DNA of 64,000 nucleotides from Alphaproteobacteria bacterium (GTDB lineage: Bacteria; Pseudomonadota; Alphaproteobacteria; Micavibrionales; Micavibrionaceae), in the NCBI GenBank assembly GCA_050297015.1, contig JBNKRZ010000013.1:3676-67675 (forward strand), written 5' to 3'. Made by a program: the position numbers and the translations under genes. Each line of letters begins with the position of its first letter. Within the stretch, counting starts at the first letter, position 1. Below, in pieces: positions 10,232-19,284 of the stretch. The notes below the pieces were generated by a model that did no database searches, was not told the origin of the DNA, and saw only the letters and a program-made list of their open reading frames with translations.

Positions 10232-11452
10232 ATGCAGCAATGGGTCGCCGAAGTTGCTTATGATACGCCCGCCGGGCCCAAACGGGTCATGGAATCGTAT
10301 TATATGCCTTCTGTTGAAGATGTACGGCGGGCTATTACCAAAAATGGCGGCTATCCTTTAAATATCCGGGCGCATGAGCGCTCGCCGCTGGAACGTTTGC
10401 TGGCCCGTTCCAACTGGTGGCAAGTTCAGCTTTTGCGGGGCATTCAGTTTCGTTCGACGGCGACATCGCCGGGGGTCGCGCTGTGGCGGATTATTGAGGC
10501 AGAAACCAACCCTATGCGCCAGAATATTCTGGCCCCGGCGCGGGAGGCTTTATCCCGTGGGCTGGGGGCCATTGATGCGTTGAAAGCTTTGCGGATTTTC
10601 GATCACGGGACGATCGCTATTCTGGCGGCTAGTGAACGGGCGAATCGCCTGCAGGACGGGATTCCCCATGCGATCCATTCTATCACCCAGAAAAAGAAAA
10701 ACACGCGGGCGATCATGGGGACGATGGCATGGTTGGTCTTTGATGTGTTCTCAATCGTGTCCTCGCTCTTTGCCGGGAAACCCATGGTGATGAACTGGTT
10801 CAGAGACAACCCGCCCAGTGATCCGGAGGAGTATGAAAGATACACGCGTGTCGTCGATAATCTAGGACTGACGTGGGATATATTGATCGCTACGGCCTTT
10901 GGTTTGGGCGGTTTTATTGCCTGGGTTGTTTTTTCTTACTGGATTAACAAGGGGAAGACCGACTGGCCGACGGCCAAGATTGTACGGAAAATCCCGTTGG
11001 TCGGTTCTTATTTGCGTGACCTTGGCTTTTCCGATTCGATGATGGCGGCGGCGCGGATGCTGCGCGGGATGGTGCCGATTGGTGATGCTTTGGCGCAATC
11101 ATCGGAGGCGACGACCGTGCCGGAGGTTTCCAAATACTGGAAAAAGGCGGCCGGAGAACTGGAACGTGGCGTTTTGTTGGGCTCGGCGCTGGATATTCCG
11201 CCTTTGACCCGTAGCGAGCGTTTGGAACTTGCAAGCTTGTCTGATCTCTCGCAAGTTGCTACAGTATTAGAGTCTATCGCCGAAATGCGTTCTGCGGCGG
11301 CAAAAACGAAACACACGATGATCGTCTGGATAGCTTTTGGTTTGACGGGCGTCTATCTGGCTCTGGCTTTCGGGAGTGCGATTTACGCGTTAACAGTTAT
11401 GAATATGAGCCTCGACAGTATGATGGGTGGCTTAATGCAAGGAGCGATGTAA
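10232..11452 (+). CDS. PilC/GspF-like inner-membrane platform protein
   Basis: 406 aa. Two helical T2SSF-like halves (e.g. ILAASERANRLQDGI; second half ...GDALAQSSEATTVPEVSKYW...), each followed by hydrophobic TM segments. Sits immediately after the ATPase. Confidence 0.6.
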   Translation: MQQWVAEVAYDTPAGPKRVMESYYMPSVEDVRRAITKNGGYPLNIRAHERSPLERLLARSNWWQVQLLRGIQFRSTATSPGVALWRIIEAETNPMRQNILAPAREALSRGLGAIDALKALRIFDHGTIAILAASERANRLQDGIPHAIHSITQKKKNTRAIMGTMAWLVFDVFSIVSSLFAGKPMVMNWFRDNPPSDPEEYERYTRVVDNLGLTWDILIATAFGLGGFIAWVVFSYWINKGKTDWPTAKIVRKIPLVGSYLRDLGFSDSMMAAARMLRGMVPIGDALAQSSEATTVPEVSKYWKKAAGELERGVLLGSALDIPPLTRSERLELASLSDLSQVATVLESIAEMRSAAAKTKHTMIVWIAFGLTGVYLALAFGSAIYALTVMNMSLDSMMGGLMQGAM

Positions 11453-12436
11453 TTGCCTGATGCTGATGAAAATAAAAAAGAAGTGAAAGCCGGAAACGCC
11501 CGCCCCGTTTCGGAAGGTGCTGTGCGTTTGAAGCCCGGGCTGGCCGATCATATCGCCGGTGAAGTTGCGGATTTTAAAGAAAATCTTTCACCTTATCTGC
11601 CTCAGGAATTGGTTGGCGGTTCGATTCCGCAAGTGCCGGGGACGGAAGATGAGGCTATATGGAATGCGGCTTCTCAGGCGTGCGGGACGGAAAGAGTACA
11701 TTACTGCTATACCGTTGAGGAAGGGCGCTGTTGGTATTTGGCGAGTCCGTCTTCTTCGCTGGCATCCAACCCGGATAGTTGGTGTCCGATTGCTGCAGCC
11801 TTGCCGGGGAATAGTGAGTATTGGGACCGGGAGACGGTTTATCTCTATGAACAAGAAGGGATGGCTTCGGCTTTGCGCTGGGATCCAGAGACGGGGCGGA
11901 TGCAGGTCTTTACCGGTGCGGCCCGGACGTTGTTGCCGCGGATTCAAAGTATGGATGCCAATTTTGTGACGATTAATCCCGATGTAGCGCAGCAGGTACC
12001 TTGGCGTAACCGCGCTTTACGAACGGAAAAACTCTCTCGCGCTACGGCACGGGCTTTGCTGGGGATAGCTCTTGTTATTAACTTGGTCGCGGCTTTGATT
12101 CTACTGTTTCAGTTTGCCTATACGAATATGGTTAAACGCGATCTGGAGAAGGTTCAGGCAAGAACGGAGGAGGCATCGCAAAAGCTTATGGCTAATGCTT
12201 ATGATGCGCTACAAAGCGATACGATTCGCCATATGGTGCGGATACAGGAGCTTTTAGATGCCTTACAGGTGATTGATGGTACGTTGCTGCGTTATGAGGT
12301 GAAGAAAAAGGATGTCGAGTGGGAGGCTTTGGTGCCGCAGGCGTTCGGGACTTGTACCGGCGCTTTAAGGGGCTGTAAGCCCGTCACGGACAGCGTTGAA
12401 AAGGACGGGCGTGTCCGTCTTATCGGTAGGAAATAA
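11453..12436 (+). CDS. Bitopic inner-membrane pilus-assembly protein (PilM/N- or GspL-like topology), family unrecognised
   Basis: 327 aa with a TTG start abutting the platform gene stop. About 200-aa cytoplasmic part, one TM (ALLGIALVINLVAALILLFQFAY) and a roughly 100-aa periplasmic coiled region. Confidence 0.45.
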   Translation: MPDADENKKEVKAGNARPVSEGAVRLKPGLADHIAGEVADFKENLSPYLPQELVGGSIPQVPGTEDEAIWNAASQACGTERVHYCYTVEEGRCWYLASPSSSLASNPDSWCPIAAALPGNSEYWDRETVYLYEQEGMASALRWDPETGRMQVFTGAARTLLPRIQSMDANFVTINPDVAQQVPWRNRALRTEKLSRATARALLGIALVINLVAALILLFQFAYTNMVKRDLEKVQARTEEASQKLMANAYDALQSDTIRHMVRIQELLDALQVIDGTLLRYEVKKKDVEWEALVPQAFGTCTGALRGCKPVTDSVEKDGRVRLIGRK

Positions 12437-12545
12437 GAATAAAGGTTTAATACTAAAGTATAGGTTAACCATTTGATTTATAAAGGATTAATCATTTAGG
12501 TTTTATTATGAAGGTAGAAAAGAGATATAAAAAGGGACAGATATC

Positions 12546-13079
12546 GTGGTTGACATGAAGTCATTTGACTGGCGCGTTTTGCAGCGTTATTTAACACCGC
12601 AAGCGTCGGACGATTTAAACCATTTTCTTGAAAAACTGCCGCAAAACGCCGGACAGACGGTTTTGATTGCGGCCGGTGCGGCGTGGGTCCTTGCCGCGGC
12701 TATGGGGCTTTACACAACCGTTCAATTACAGAATATGACGGAATTGCGTGCGGAGCTAAAGGAAACGCAAGCCTTGCAGCCCGTGGTTCCCAAGATTAAA
12801 GACGTGCCTGTTAATCCGAAAGAGGTGGAAGCGTTTGCCAAGGTTTTGGAGAAAAACTACCCGAATTTGTCTATTGATCAGAAAGGGGCCGCTATTTTTA
12901 TTTCTGCAAAATCGACAGCGCATTTCGGACAATTTCGTGAAGCGGTCGGTCATGTGCAAAACGGTGGTACGGGCTGGCGTGTTTCGGTCGAACGTTTATG
13001 TGTCGGACGTGAGTGCGATAAAAATAAACTTGGTGCCTTGTTGAAAATCAATAAAGTTTCCGTGGATAAGCCAAGTTAA
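12546..13079 (+). CDS. Small bitopic membrane protein of the pilus cluster
   Basis: 177 aa (GTG at 12546 or ATG at 12555). Single TM (TVLIAAGAAWVLAAAMGLYTTV) followed by a periplasmic domain. No family recognised. Confidence 0.45.
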   Translation: MVDMKSFDWRVLQRYLTPQASDDLNHFLEKLPQNAGQTVLIAAGAAWVLAAAMGLYTTVQLQNMTELRAELKETQALQPVVPKIKDVPVNPKEVEAFAKVLEKNYPNLSIDQKGAAIFISAKSTAHFGQFREAVGHVQNGGTGWRVSVERLCVGRECDKNKLGALLKINKVSVDKPS

Positions 13080-13160
13080 GGATGTTTTGAGTGGAAGTTT
13101 GTGATAATCTGAAAAACAGACTGTGATTGTGATCCAGTCGCGAATGGACGGAGAAAAAGG

Positions 13161-13904
13161 ATGAAATTAGCCAGTGATAACTATAGCAAGGAACGGGAAA
13201 GTGGGAACGTGTTGTTCCTTATTCTTATTGCTGTGGCCTTGTTTGCTGCTTTATCATATGCGGTCACGCAATCGACCCGGACGGGGGGCGGTAGCGGCGA
13301 TAATGAAACCTCTTTGATCTCCAGTGCGCAGTTGACGCAATATCCAGCCAGTATTCGTACCGCTGTGGTGCGTATGATTATTGGTGGCACAGATGTTGAT
13401 AATGTTGCTTTTGATCCGCCGGCGGACTTTGCCGCTTTGGCGAATACGGCCAATGCCGTTTTCCATCCATCGGGTGGTGGTGCGACATATAGCACCGCGC
13501 CGGGGGAAATGATGGAAAGTTCAACGGCGGGCACGTGGCATTTTAATGCCGAAAATCAGATTGATTTGCTGGGGACCTCTTCGGGGGATAATGATCCTGT
13601 CGCTTCGACAGCTGATGTGATCGCGTTCTTGCCAAGCATTACGTTGACGCTTTGCTCGCGGGTTAACAGTGAATTGGGGCTTTCCTCAATCCCACCAGTC
13701 GAAACAGGAATTGATGTAACAACTGACATGGATGAAGCCGTTGGTATCTGTAGTGTTTGCGCGGCCGGTGCGACGATTGGTGACGGTGCAGGGGCCGGGG
13801 CGCTTGACGGTCAGCCTTTTGGTTGTTTCCAGTTAACCGGTCTGGATGCGAATGCCGATGGTGATGATGATTATGTTTATTATCACGTTCTTGTGGAGCG
13901 CTAA
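13161..13904 (+). CDS. Pilin-like protein (type IVb-style 15-aa leader, Gly at -1, no Glu+5); candidate major subunit
   Basis: 247 aa. Leader MKLASDNYSKERESG, then NVLFLILIAVALFAALSYAVTQS (class III signal-like hydrophobic helix). Followed by a hairpin terminator at 13950-13992. Confidence 0.6.
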   Translation: MKLASDNYSKERESGNVLFLILIAVALFAALSYAVTQSTRTGGGSGDNETSLISSAQLTQYPASIRTAVVRMIIGGTDVDNVAFDPPADFAALANTANAVFHPSGGGATYSTAPGEMMESSTAGTWHFNAENQIDLLGTSSGDNDPVASTADVIAFLPSITLTLCSRVNSELGLSSIPPVETGIDVTTDMDEAVGICSVCAAGATIGDGAGAGALDGQPFGCFQLTGLDANADGDDDYVYYHVLVER

Positions 13905-13949
13905 GGCTGGATGGCATTAGTCGAGCGCCCTTTATATAAAGTTTAGAAA

Positions 13950-13992
13950 AACCCGGCTGTTTCTGCTTTATGCGTCAGCCGGGTTTGTTTTG
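13950..13992 (+). terminator. Rho-independent terminator/attenuator between the two pilin-like genes
   Basis: Stem AACCCGGCTG (13950-13959) / CAGCCGGGTT (13976-13985), followed by TGTTTTGG. Confidence 0.55.
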
Positions 13993-14008
13993 GCAAAAAG
14001 GAAGATGA

Positions 14009-14734
14009 ATGATGGAAGACAAAGGGATACGGCAACATAAAATGCAGCGTGGCAGTGCGTTGATTTATATCCTGATTGCGATTGCGCTTTTGGCGGCGCT
14101 AACGTTGTCTTTTATGGAACCTTCCAGTCAGCAAACGCAAAGCCAAAACAGTTTTAAAATTATTTCGGAAGTACAGTCTCAAACAGAATTTATCCGTTCC
14201 GCCATTCAGGGGTGCGTTTTGGGATATCCCGGCGGGGACAGCGGTGCGATTTCAGATGGAGCGCAGCTCAATAACCCTTATCCTATTATGCCTGATGATA
14301 GCTATTTTGATAACCAGTGTGGGGCCGGAGAATCTGCCGCGAATGACAATGTGTCGGGATTGCGCTGTCCGGGGAAACCGGGCGACGATCCATGCCATGA
14401 TGACGTGTTTGGTGCGTCATCGGGGAAATTCCTGCCGCCAGCGCCGCCTTTGTTTAATGATTGGCGTTATTATGCCGGGACGGATGGCGTGTTCCTGTGG
14501 CTCTCGACCGACAAAACGGATGCTTATATCCAGACGGCGTTAACCAAGCTCGACGGTGAATTTTCCGAATGTGAGGCCGATGTGATTGATGCATCGGGCG
14601 GCGCTGTGGATTTGGATAGTGCTTCAACCATTTCTTGCCCGGCGGGGAGCAGCTGTTTCCGGGTGTGGATGATTGCCAAAGCGACGGCGACTTATCAGGC
14701 CGGCGGGCCTGAAGATACGGCGGGTTGTCCGTAG
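14009..14734 (+). CDS. Pilin-like protein 2 (Cys-rich; Gly at -1, Tyr at +5)
   Basis: 241 aa. Leader MMEDKGIRQHKMQRG, then SALIYILIAIALLAALTLSF. Many Cys in the globular part. Confidence 0.55.
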   Translation: MMEDKGIRQHKMQRGSALIYILIAIALLAALTLSFMEPSSQQTQSQNSFKIISEVQSQTEFIRSAIQGCVLGYPGGDSGAISDGAQLNNPYPIMPDDSYFDNQCGAGESAANDNVSGLRCPGKPGDDPCHDDVFGASSGKFLPPAPPLFNDWRYYAGTDGVFLWLSTDKTDAYIQTALTKLDGEFSECEADVIDASGGAVDLDSASTISCPAGSSCFRVWMIAKATATYQAGGPEDTAGCP

Positions 14735-14753
14735 AGACTTTAGGGGGCTAACC

Positions 14754-16763
14754 CTAGTCAGGCTGTAAGCCTTCCAGTGCGGCTTTAACGCGCTCGAATT
14801 CATCTTTAATGTCGCTGATTTGTTTGGCACTGGCGGTGTTTCCTGATGCCGTGTCTTGCAGGGTTGCGGCGAGGCTGCCCAGAATCATGCACCCGGCGGA
14901 GCGTGCACTACCCTTCAAGCTATGGGCGGCTTCGGTCAAAGCCGGGAAATCATCATGCGCGAAAGCTTTTTCCAGATTGGTAATGACAGAGGAAACCATA
15001 CCGGGGAACATTTTGAGCATTTGTACGGTGCTCTCGTCAAGCGCGCCCATTTGTTCCCGCACCGCGTTCAGGTCAATGGCCGGGTTTTTGTCGGTTGGTT
15101 TGATAACGTTGTTTGTTTTGCCTTGAGGCATCTCTGCTTCTTCGTTTTCCTTCATCAATCCCCAGCGGATCAGAAGACGGCGGAATTGCCCCAGTGAAAC
15201 AGGTTTTAACAGGCATTCGTCAAAGCCATGACTTAAATAAACTTGCCGTTCGGCCATCTGCACATCCGCGGTCAAAACGATAACAGGAAGATTTTTATCG
15301 CTGTCTTTTTCAGCGGCCCGGATGGTCTCGACGACTTCGTATCCATCAATCTCCGGCATGTGCAGATCTGTGAAAACAATGCCGTATTTCCCGGTTTTCA
15401 CGGCGTCCAGCGCCGCGCGGCCATTATCAACAAAGTCGGCGTCGACCCCCAATTTATCAAGCTGGCGCTGCAAGACATCGCGGACGCTTTCTGTATCCTC
15501 GGCGATCAACAGGCGAGTCGGGCCGTCTATATTGATTTTGTGCGCCTTGGCGGCCGCATCCTGTACGGCTTTTCCCAATCCGGCGCGGCTGGCTGGTTTG
15601 GAAAGGTATGTGACCCCCAATGATTGCAGGGAGTGTTGCAGCCCCTTGTCATCGCGCACGGTGTACATGATGAGGCCCATAAAGGGGCGGTGCGTCATGA
15701 TTTCCTTGATAAGGTCCAGTCCCAGACCGTCGGGGAGGCCTTGGTCGATAATCCCCACATCGAACGGGCGACGTTTGATGAGTTCCAATCCTTCCCGGTA
15801 GGTCGGGCAGCTTTCAACTTTGGCACCCATCGATTCTAGCGAGCGTACGATTTCCTTGGCCCCTTGCGGGTGATCCTCAACCGAGAGAACGGATATTCCC
15901 TCCAAAGAAGGAAGATCAACGGTTGTTGTATCGGTGCTGACTTCTTCTGTTGGTATCTCAAACCAAAAGGTCGACCCTTTGCCCTCAACACTGTCAACGC
16001 CGATCTTGCCACCCATAAGCTCGACAAGCTTTTTACAGATGGAAAGCCCCAACCCCGTCCCGCCATATTTACGGGAGGTTGAATTATCAGCTTGTGTAAA
16101 GGGCTGGAACAGATTGCGGGCTGTTTCTTTTGGCATACCTATGCCGGTATCGCTGATCTCAAAACGCAGATTAATGCCGCTTTCCGGGGACGGTAATTGT
16201 TTACACTTGGTCGTGACGTGGATAATGACGGAGCCTTTCTCCGTGAATTTTATGGCGTTGCCCATCAAATTCATCAAAATCTGGCGCAAGCGTTTGGGAT
16301 CGCCGATAATCACGTAAGGGACTTTGCCCTCAATATCGCCGACGAGGTTCACATCCTTTTTACGGGTTTTGACGGCCAGCGCCTCTAAAATACCGCCGAC
16401 CAGTGTGCGGACCGGAACTTCGAACGTATCGAGTTCCATTTTGTGGGCATCCATTTTGGCAAAGTCGAGAATATCGTCGAGTATCTCCAAAAGGCCGCTA
16501 GCGGATTGCTTGGCCGTACTGACCATGCTGCGGATGCTATTCGGATCGTCTTCTGTCTCGATTAATTCCAGTAAACCGTAGACGGATTGCATAGGCGTGC
16601 GGATCTCGTGGCTCATCGTGGCCAGAAAATTGGCTTTTTGTTCGGCGGCGGCGTCGGCTTGTTCGACCGCCTTTTGAAGCTCTTTGATTGTCGGCTTTTT
16701 GCTCATGGATAGAAATTTCCACTCAGGAAGGGCTTGCTTTTTATCAGCGTTACAGTTTATCAC
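14754..16763 (-). CDS. Soluble hybrid sensor histidine kinase (HisKA-HATPase-REC-REC-HPt)
   Basis: 669 aa with H-box FLATMSHEIRTPM, G-boxes DTGIGM and GGTGLGLSICKKLVELMGG, two receiver-like regions (second with FTDLHMPEIDG) and a C-terminal HPt motif HSLKGSARSAG. No TM or obvious sensor domain. Confidence 0.85.
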   Translation of the reverse strand: MINCNADKKQALPEWKFLSMSKKPTIKELQKAVEQADAAAEQKANFLATMSHEIRTPMQSVYGLLELIETEDDPNSIRSMVSTAKQSASGLLEILDDILDFAKMDAHKMELDTFEVPVRTLVGGILEALAVKTRKKDVNLVGDIEGKVPYVIIGDPKRLRQILMNLMGNAIKFTEKGSVIIHVTTKCKQLPSPESGINLRFEISDTGIGMPKETARNLFQPFTQADNSTSRKYGGTGLGLSICKKLVELMGGKIGVDSVEGKGSTFWFEIPTEEVSTDTTTVDLPSLEGISVLSVEDHPQGAKEIVRSLESMGAKVESCPTYREGLELIKRRPFDVGIIDQGLPDGLGLDLIKEIMTHRPFMGLIMYTVRDDKGLQHSLQSLGVTYLSKPASRAGLGKAVQDAAAKAHKINIDGPTRLLIAEDTESVRDVLQRQLDKLGVDADFVDNGRAALDAVKTGKYGIVFTDLHMPEIDGYEVVETIRAAEKDSDKNLPVIVLTADVQMAERQVYLSHGFDECLLKPVSLGQFRRLLIRWGLMKENEEAEMPQGKTNNVIKPTDKNPAIDLNAVREQMGALDESTVQMLKMFPGMVSSVITNLEKAFAHDDFPALTEAAHSLKGSARSAGCMILGSLAATLQDTASGNTASAKQISDIKDEFERVKAALEGLQPD

Positions 16764-16809
16764 AAACCATGTGAGAGCAATACCCTAAGAGTATGAAGAG
16801 GTTACAAGA

Positions 16810-17820
16810 ATGGGCTATAAAGTGGCGGTGATGGGCGCGACGGGCAATGTCGGCCGGGAAATGATGAATATCGTGCATGAGCGGGGCTTCCCGGTGGATG
16901 AGATGATTCCGCTGGCCTCAAGCCGTTCGGTGGGGCGAGAGGTATCATTCGGTGATGATGACCTGAAAGTGCAAGACCTCGCGACATTTGATTTTAAGGG
17001 CATTGATCTGGTGCTTTCCTCTCCGGGTGCGAAGGTATCCGCAGAATATGCCCCGAAAGCGGCCAAGGCCGGGGCTGTGGTTATTGATAACACCAGCCAT
17101 TTCCGCACGGACCCGGATATTCCGCTGGTCGTACCGGAAGTCAACCCTCAGGCGATTGCTGATTACAAGAACAAAGGCATTATCGCGAACCCGAATTGTT
17201 CGACGATCCAGATGGTCGTGGCGCTCAAACCTCTGCACGATTTGGCGAAAATCAAGCGCGTGGTTGTCTCGACTTATCAATCGGTATCGGGGGGTGGAAA
17301 ATCCGCGATGGATGAGCTGTTTAACCAGACACGCGGTATCTATGCCAACCAACATCCTGAGCCGGAAATCTTTGCCAAACAGATAGCCTTTAATGTTATC
17401 CCCCAGATTGATGTCTTTATGGACGATCACATGACAAAGGAAGAGTGGAAGATGGTCGTGGAAACGAAGAAAATTCTCGATCCCGCCATCAAAGTGTGTG
17501 CGTCTTGCGCGCGCGTGCCGGTCTTCATCGGGCATGCCGAGTATGTGAATGTCGAATTTGAAAATGAGATCAGCGCCAAGGAGGCCAAAGCCGCGTTCCG
17601 TGATTTTGAAGGTATAACCCTGATCGACCTTGAAAGCGATATGGAATACGTCACGCAAGCCGAAATCGCCGGGGAGGACGATGTGTTTGTCTCCCGCTTG
17701 CGGGAAGACCCGACCGTTGATAGCGGTTTGAATTTCTGGTGTGTGGCGGATAACTTACGTAAAGGGGCGGCGCTTAACACTGTCCAAATTGCGGAAGTTT
17801 TGGTTAAAGATTATCTTTAG
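16810..17820 (+). CDS. asd: Aspartate-semialdehyde dehydrogenase
   Basis: 336 aa with VMGATGNVGREM NAD-binding motif and active-site context NPNCSTIQMV. Confidence 0.95.
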   Translation: MGYKVAVMGATGNVGREMMNIVHERGFPVDEMIPLASSRSVGREVSFGDDDLKVQDLATFDFKGIDLVLSSPGAKVSAEYAPKAAKAGAVVIDNTSHFRTDPDIPLVVPEVNPQAIADYKNKGIIANPNCSTIQMVVALKPLHDLAKIKRVVVSTYQSVSGGGKSAMDELFNQTRGIYANQHPEPEIFAKQIAFNVIPQIDVFMDDHMTKEEWKMVVETKKILDPAIKVCASCARVPVFIGHAEYVNVEFENEISAKEAKAAFRDFEGITLIDLESDMEYVTQAEIAGEDDVFVSRLREDPTVDSGLNFWCVADNLRKGAALNTVQIAEVLVKDYL

Positions 17821-17840
17821 TTTTCTTTCAGATCATAAGT

Positions 17841-17870
17841 AAAAAAAAGCGGCCTGATCAGCCGCTTTTT
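17841..17870. terminator. Bidirectional rho-independent terminator shared by asd (+) and the dotF-like gene (-)
   Basis: AAAAAAAAGCGGC-ctgatca-GCCGCTTTTT: a perfect stem flanked by an A-run and a T-run. Confidence 0.7.
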
Positions 17871-17895
17871 CTATATGAGATATAAAGAGGGAAGG

Positions 17896-19152
17896 TTAAG
17901 GCGTAATTTTACCTTGTGTTCCCTGAACAACCCATGTGCCTGAGGCGTTACCGATATCCGTGATTTCTCCAATGCCGGGCAGGGTATCGCCGACTTTAAC
18001 GCGCACCATGTCGCTGGAACCTTTCTGAGCGACATAGGCTTCACCCGGTTGAACAGAGCGCAATGTCCAGGATACCGTGACGGGAGAAACCGCCGGGGTC
18101 GGGGCAGAGGCTTTTATCTGTGCTTCTGGTTTAGCTGTTACGCGGGGCGTTGTAACTTTTTCCGCTTTAGGTGTTTCTTCTCGCACAGGCTTGGCGGCGG
18201 CTACTTTGGCAAGTTTCGCAGCTTGCTCTTTTTGCGCTTTATCGAGATTGTCGAAACGGGTTTCAAGCGTTTTCATGAAAGAGCGTATGGCCGTCAGGTC
18301 TTCGGAAGAGGTTGAATTTCCGGGCGCATTTTTTTGACGGGCAAGCGTGTCTATACGATTTTCCATGCTGTCGAGGCGATCTATAAGCGTAGAAAGTTTG
18401 TTTTGCAGATCGTCCATAGCCGTGTTGTTTATGGTTGCCGGTTGTACGGTTACAGGTGCCGTAGGGGCTTTTTGAGCAGGCTTGTTCATTACCGGCGTTT
18501 GCGGTGGCTGAACAGCAGCAGGGGCCTCGGCGGTCGCTGTTTCAACGGGCGCCGCAGGAGGTGGCATAGGTGTCAGCGGTTCCTTTGAAAAGGCTTCATC
18601 TTGTGTCATTTGCGCCGGCATAGGAGGAAACGTTTCTTCCTCTTCAAACTCAACATATTCGGTGGTGTCTTTTGTTTTATTTTGCGCTTGTAAGGCGGCC
18701 AAAGCATCAGGAGAATTCAGAAAACCAGATTCCATCGCCGGTGCAGGAGGAGCGGCTTGCTGTTCTTGGCGCGTAGGCTCTTGAGCCGTTTTTTGCGGCA
18801 GTGCTGTTTGTGGTCGTGCGGCTTGTTGCATTTGTCCGGGATTCGGTGCAGGGGGATTATCTCCGCCGCCCATAAGGAATAAAAGGACGATAACACCAAC
18901 AACGGCACAGCCGGCAATGACGATAACGTTTGAAATAGATTTTTTCTTTGCAGCTGGCGCGTTTTCTTCGCTTTCTCCGCTTTCGTCCCATTCGTCATCA
19001 TCGGAAAAATCATCAGATTCATCGAAAGAGGTGTCGTCAAAATCGGAATCATCGAATTCATCAGATTCCATATCAGCATCATCTAGAAAATCATCGTCTT
19101 GCAGTTCATTTTCTTCAAACTGATCTTCGGCTTTTTGTCCATCGGTCGTCAT
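17896..19152 (-). CDS. dotF: DotF/IcmG-like T4BSS protein (poly-acidic N-terminus, one TM, Pro/Ala-rich linker, small C-terminal beta domain)
   Basis: 418 aa, in the position after dotG as in Legionella icmE-icmG. The C-terminus WTLRSVQPGEAYVAQKGSSDMVRVKVGDTLPGIGEITDI resembles the IcmG C-terminal domain as I remember it. Confidence 0.55.
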   Translation of the reverse strand: MTTDGQKAEDQFEENELQDDDFLDDADMESDEFDDSDFDDTSFDESDDFSDDDEWDESGESEENAPAAKKKSISNVIVIAGCAVVGVIVLLFLMGGGDNPPAPNPGQMQQAARPQTALPQKTAQEPTRQEQQAAPPAPAMESGFLNSPDALAALQAQNKTKDTTEYVEFEEEETFPPMPAQMTQDEAFSKEPLTPMPPPAAPVETATAEAPAAVQPPQTPVMNKPAQKAPTAPVTVQPATINNTAMDDLQNKLSTLIDRLDSMENRIDTLARQKNAPGNSTSSEDLTAIRSFMKTLETRFDNLDKAQKEQAAKLAKVAAAKPVREETPKAEKVTTPRVTAKPEAQIKASAPTPAVSPVTVSWTLRSVQPGEAYVAQKGSSDMVRVKVGDTLPGIGEITDIGNASGTWVVQGTQGKITP

Positions 19153-19284
19153 AACTTCTATCCTTTAGTCAGGTTATAATGGTGACGTTTTTGAAATATA
19201 TTCGTTTCTACTTACTTCTGTAAATCGTTACTCATGTAGAGTTTCTTATGCCTCGTGCAAAAATAATCAAACGACGATAGGGGG

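Noticed and set aside
4055-14734. Interpretation of the pilus cluster as a Tad/Flp system, prompted by the short peptidase
   Set aside because: The ATPase has a GspE_N-like domain and the tetracysteine motif of GspE/PilB enzymes. There is one fused PilC-like platform rather than TadB plus TadC. The pilin-like proteins are about 240 aa, not Flp-sized.
16945-17658. 237-aa minus-strand ORF
   Set aside because: It is antisense to asd, which is unambiguous, and shows no motifs.
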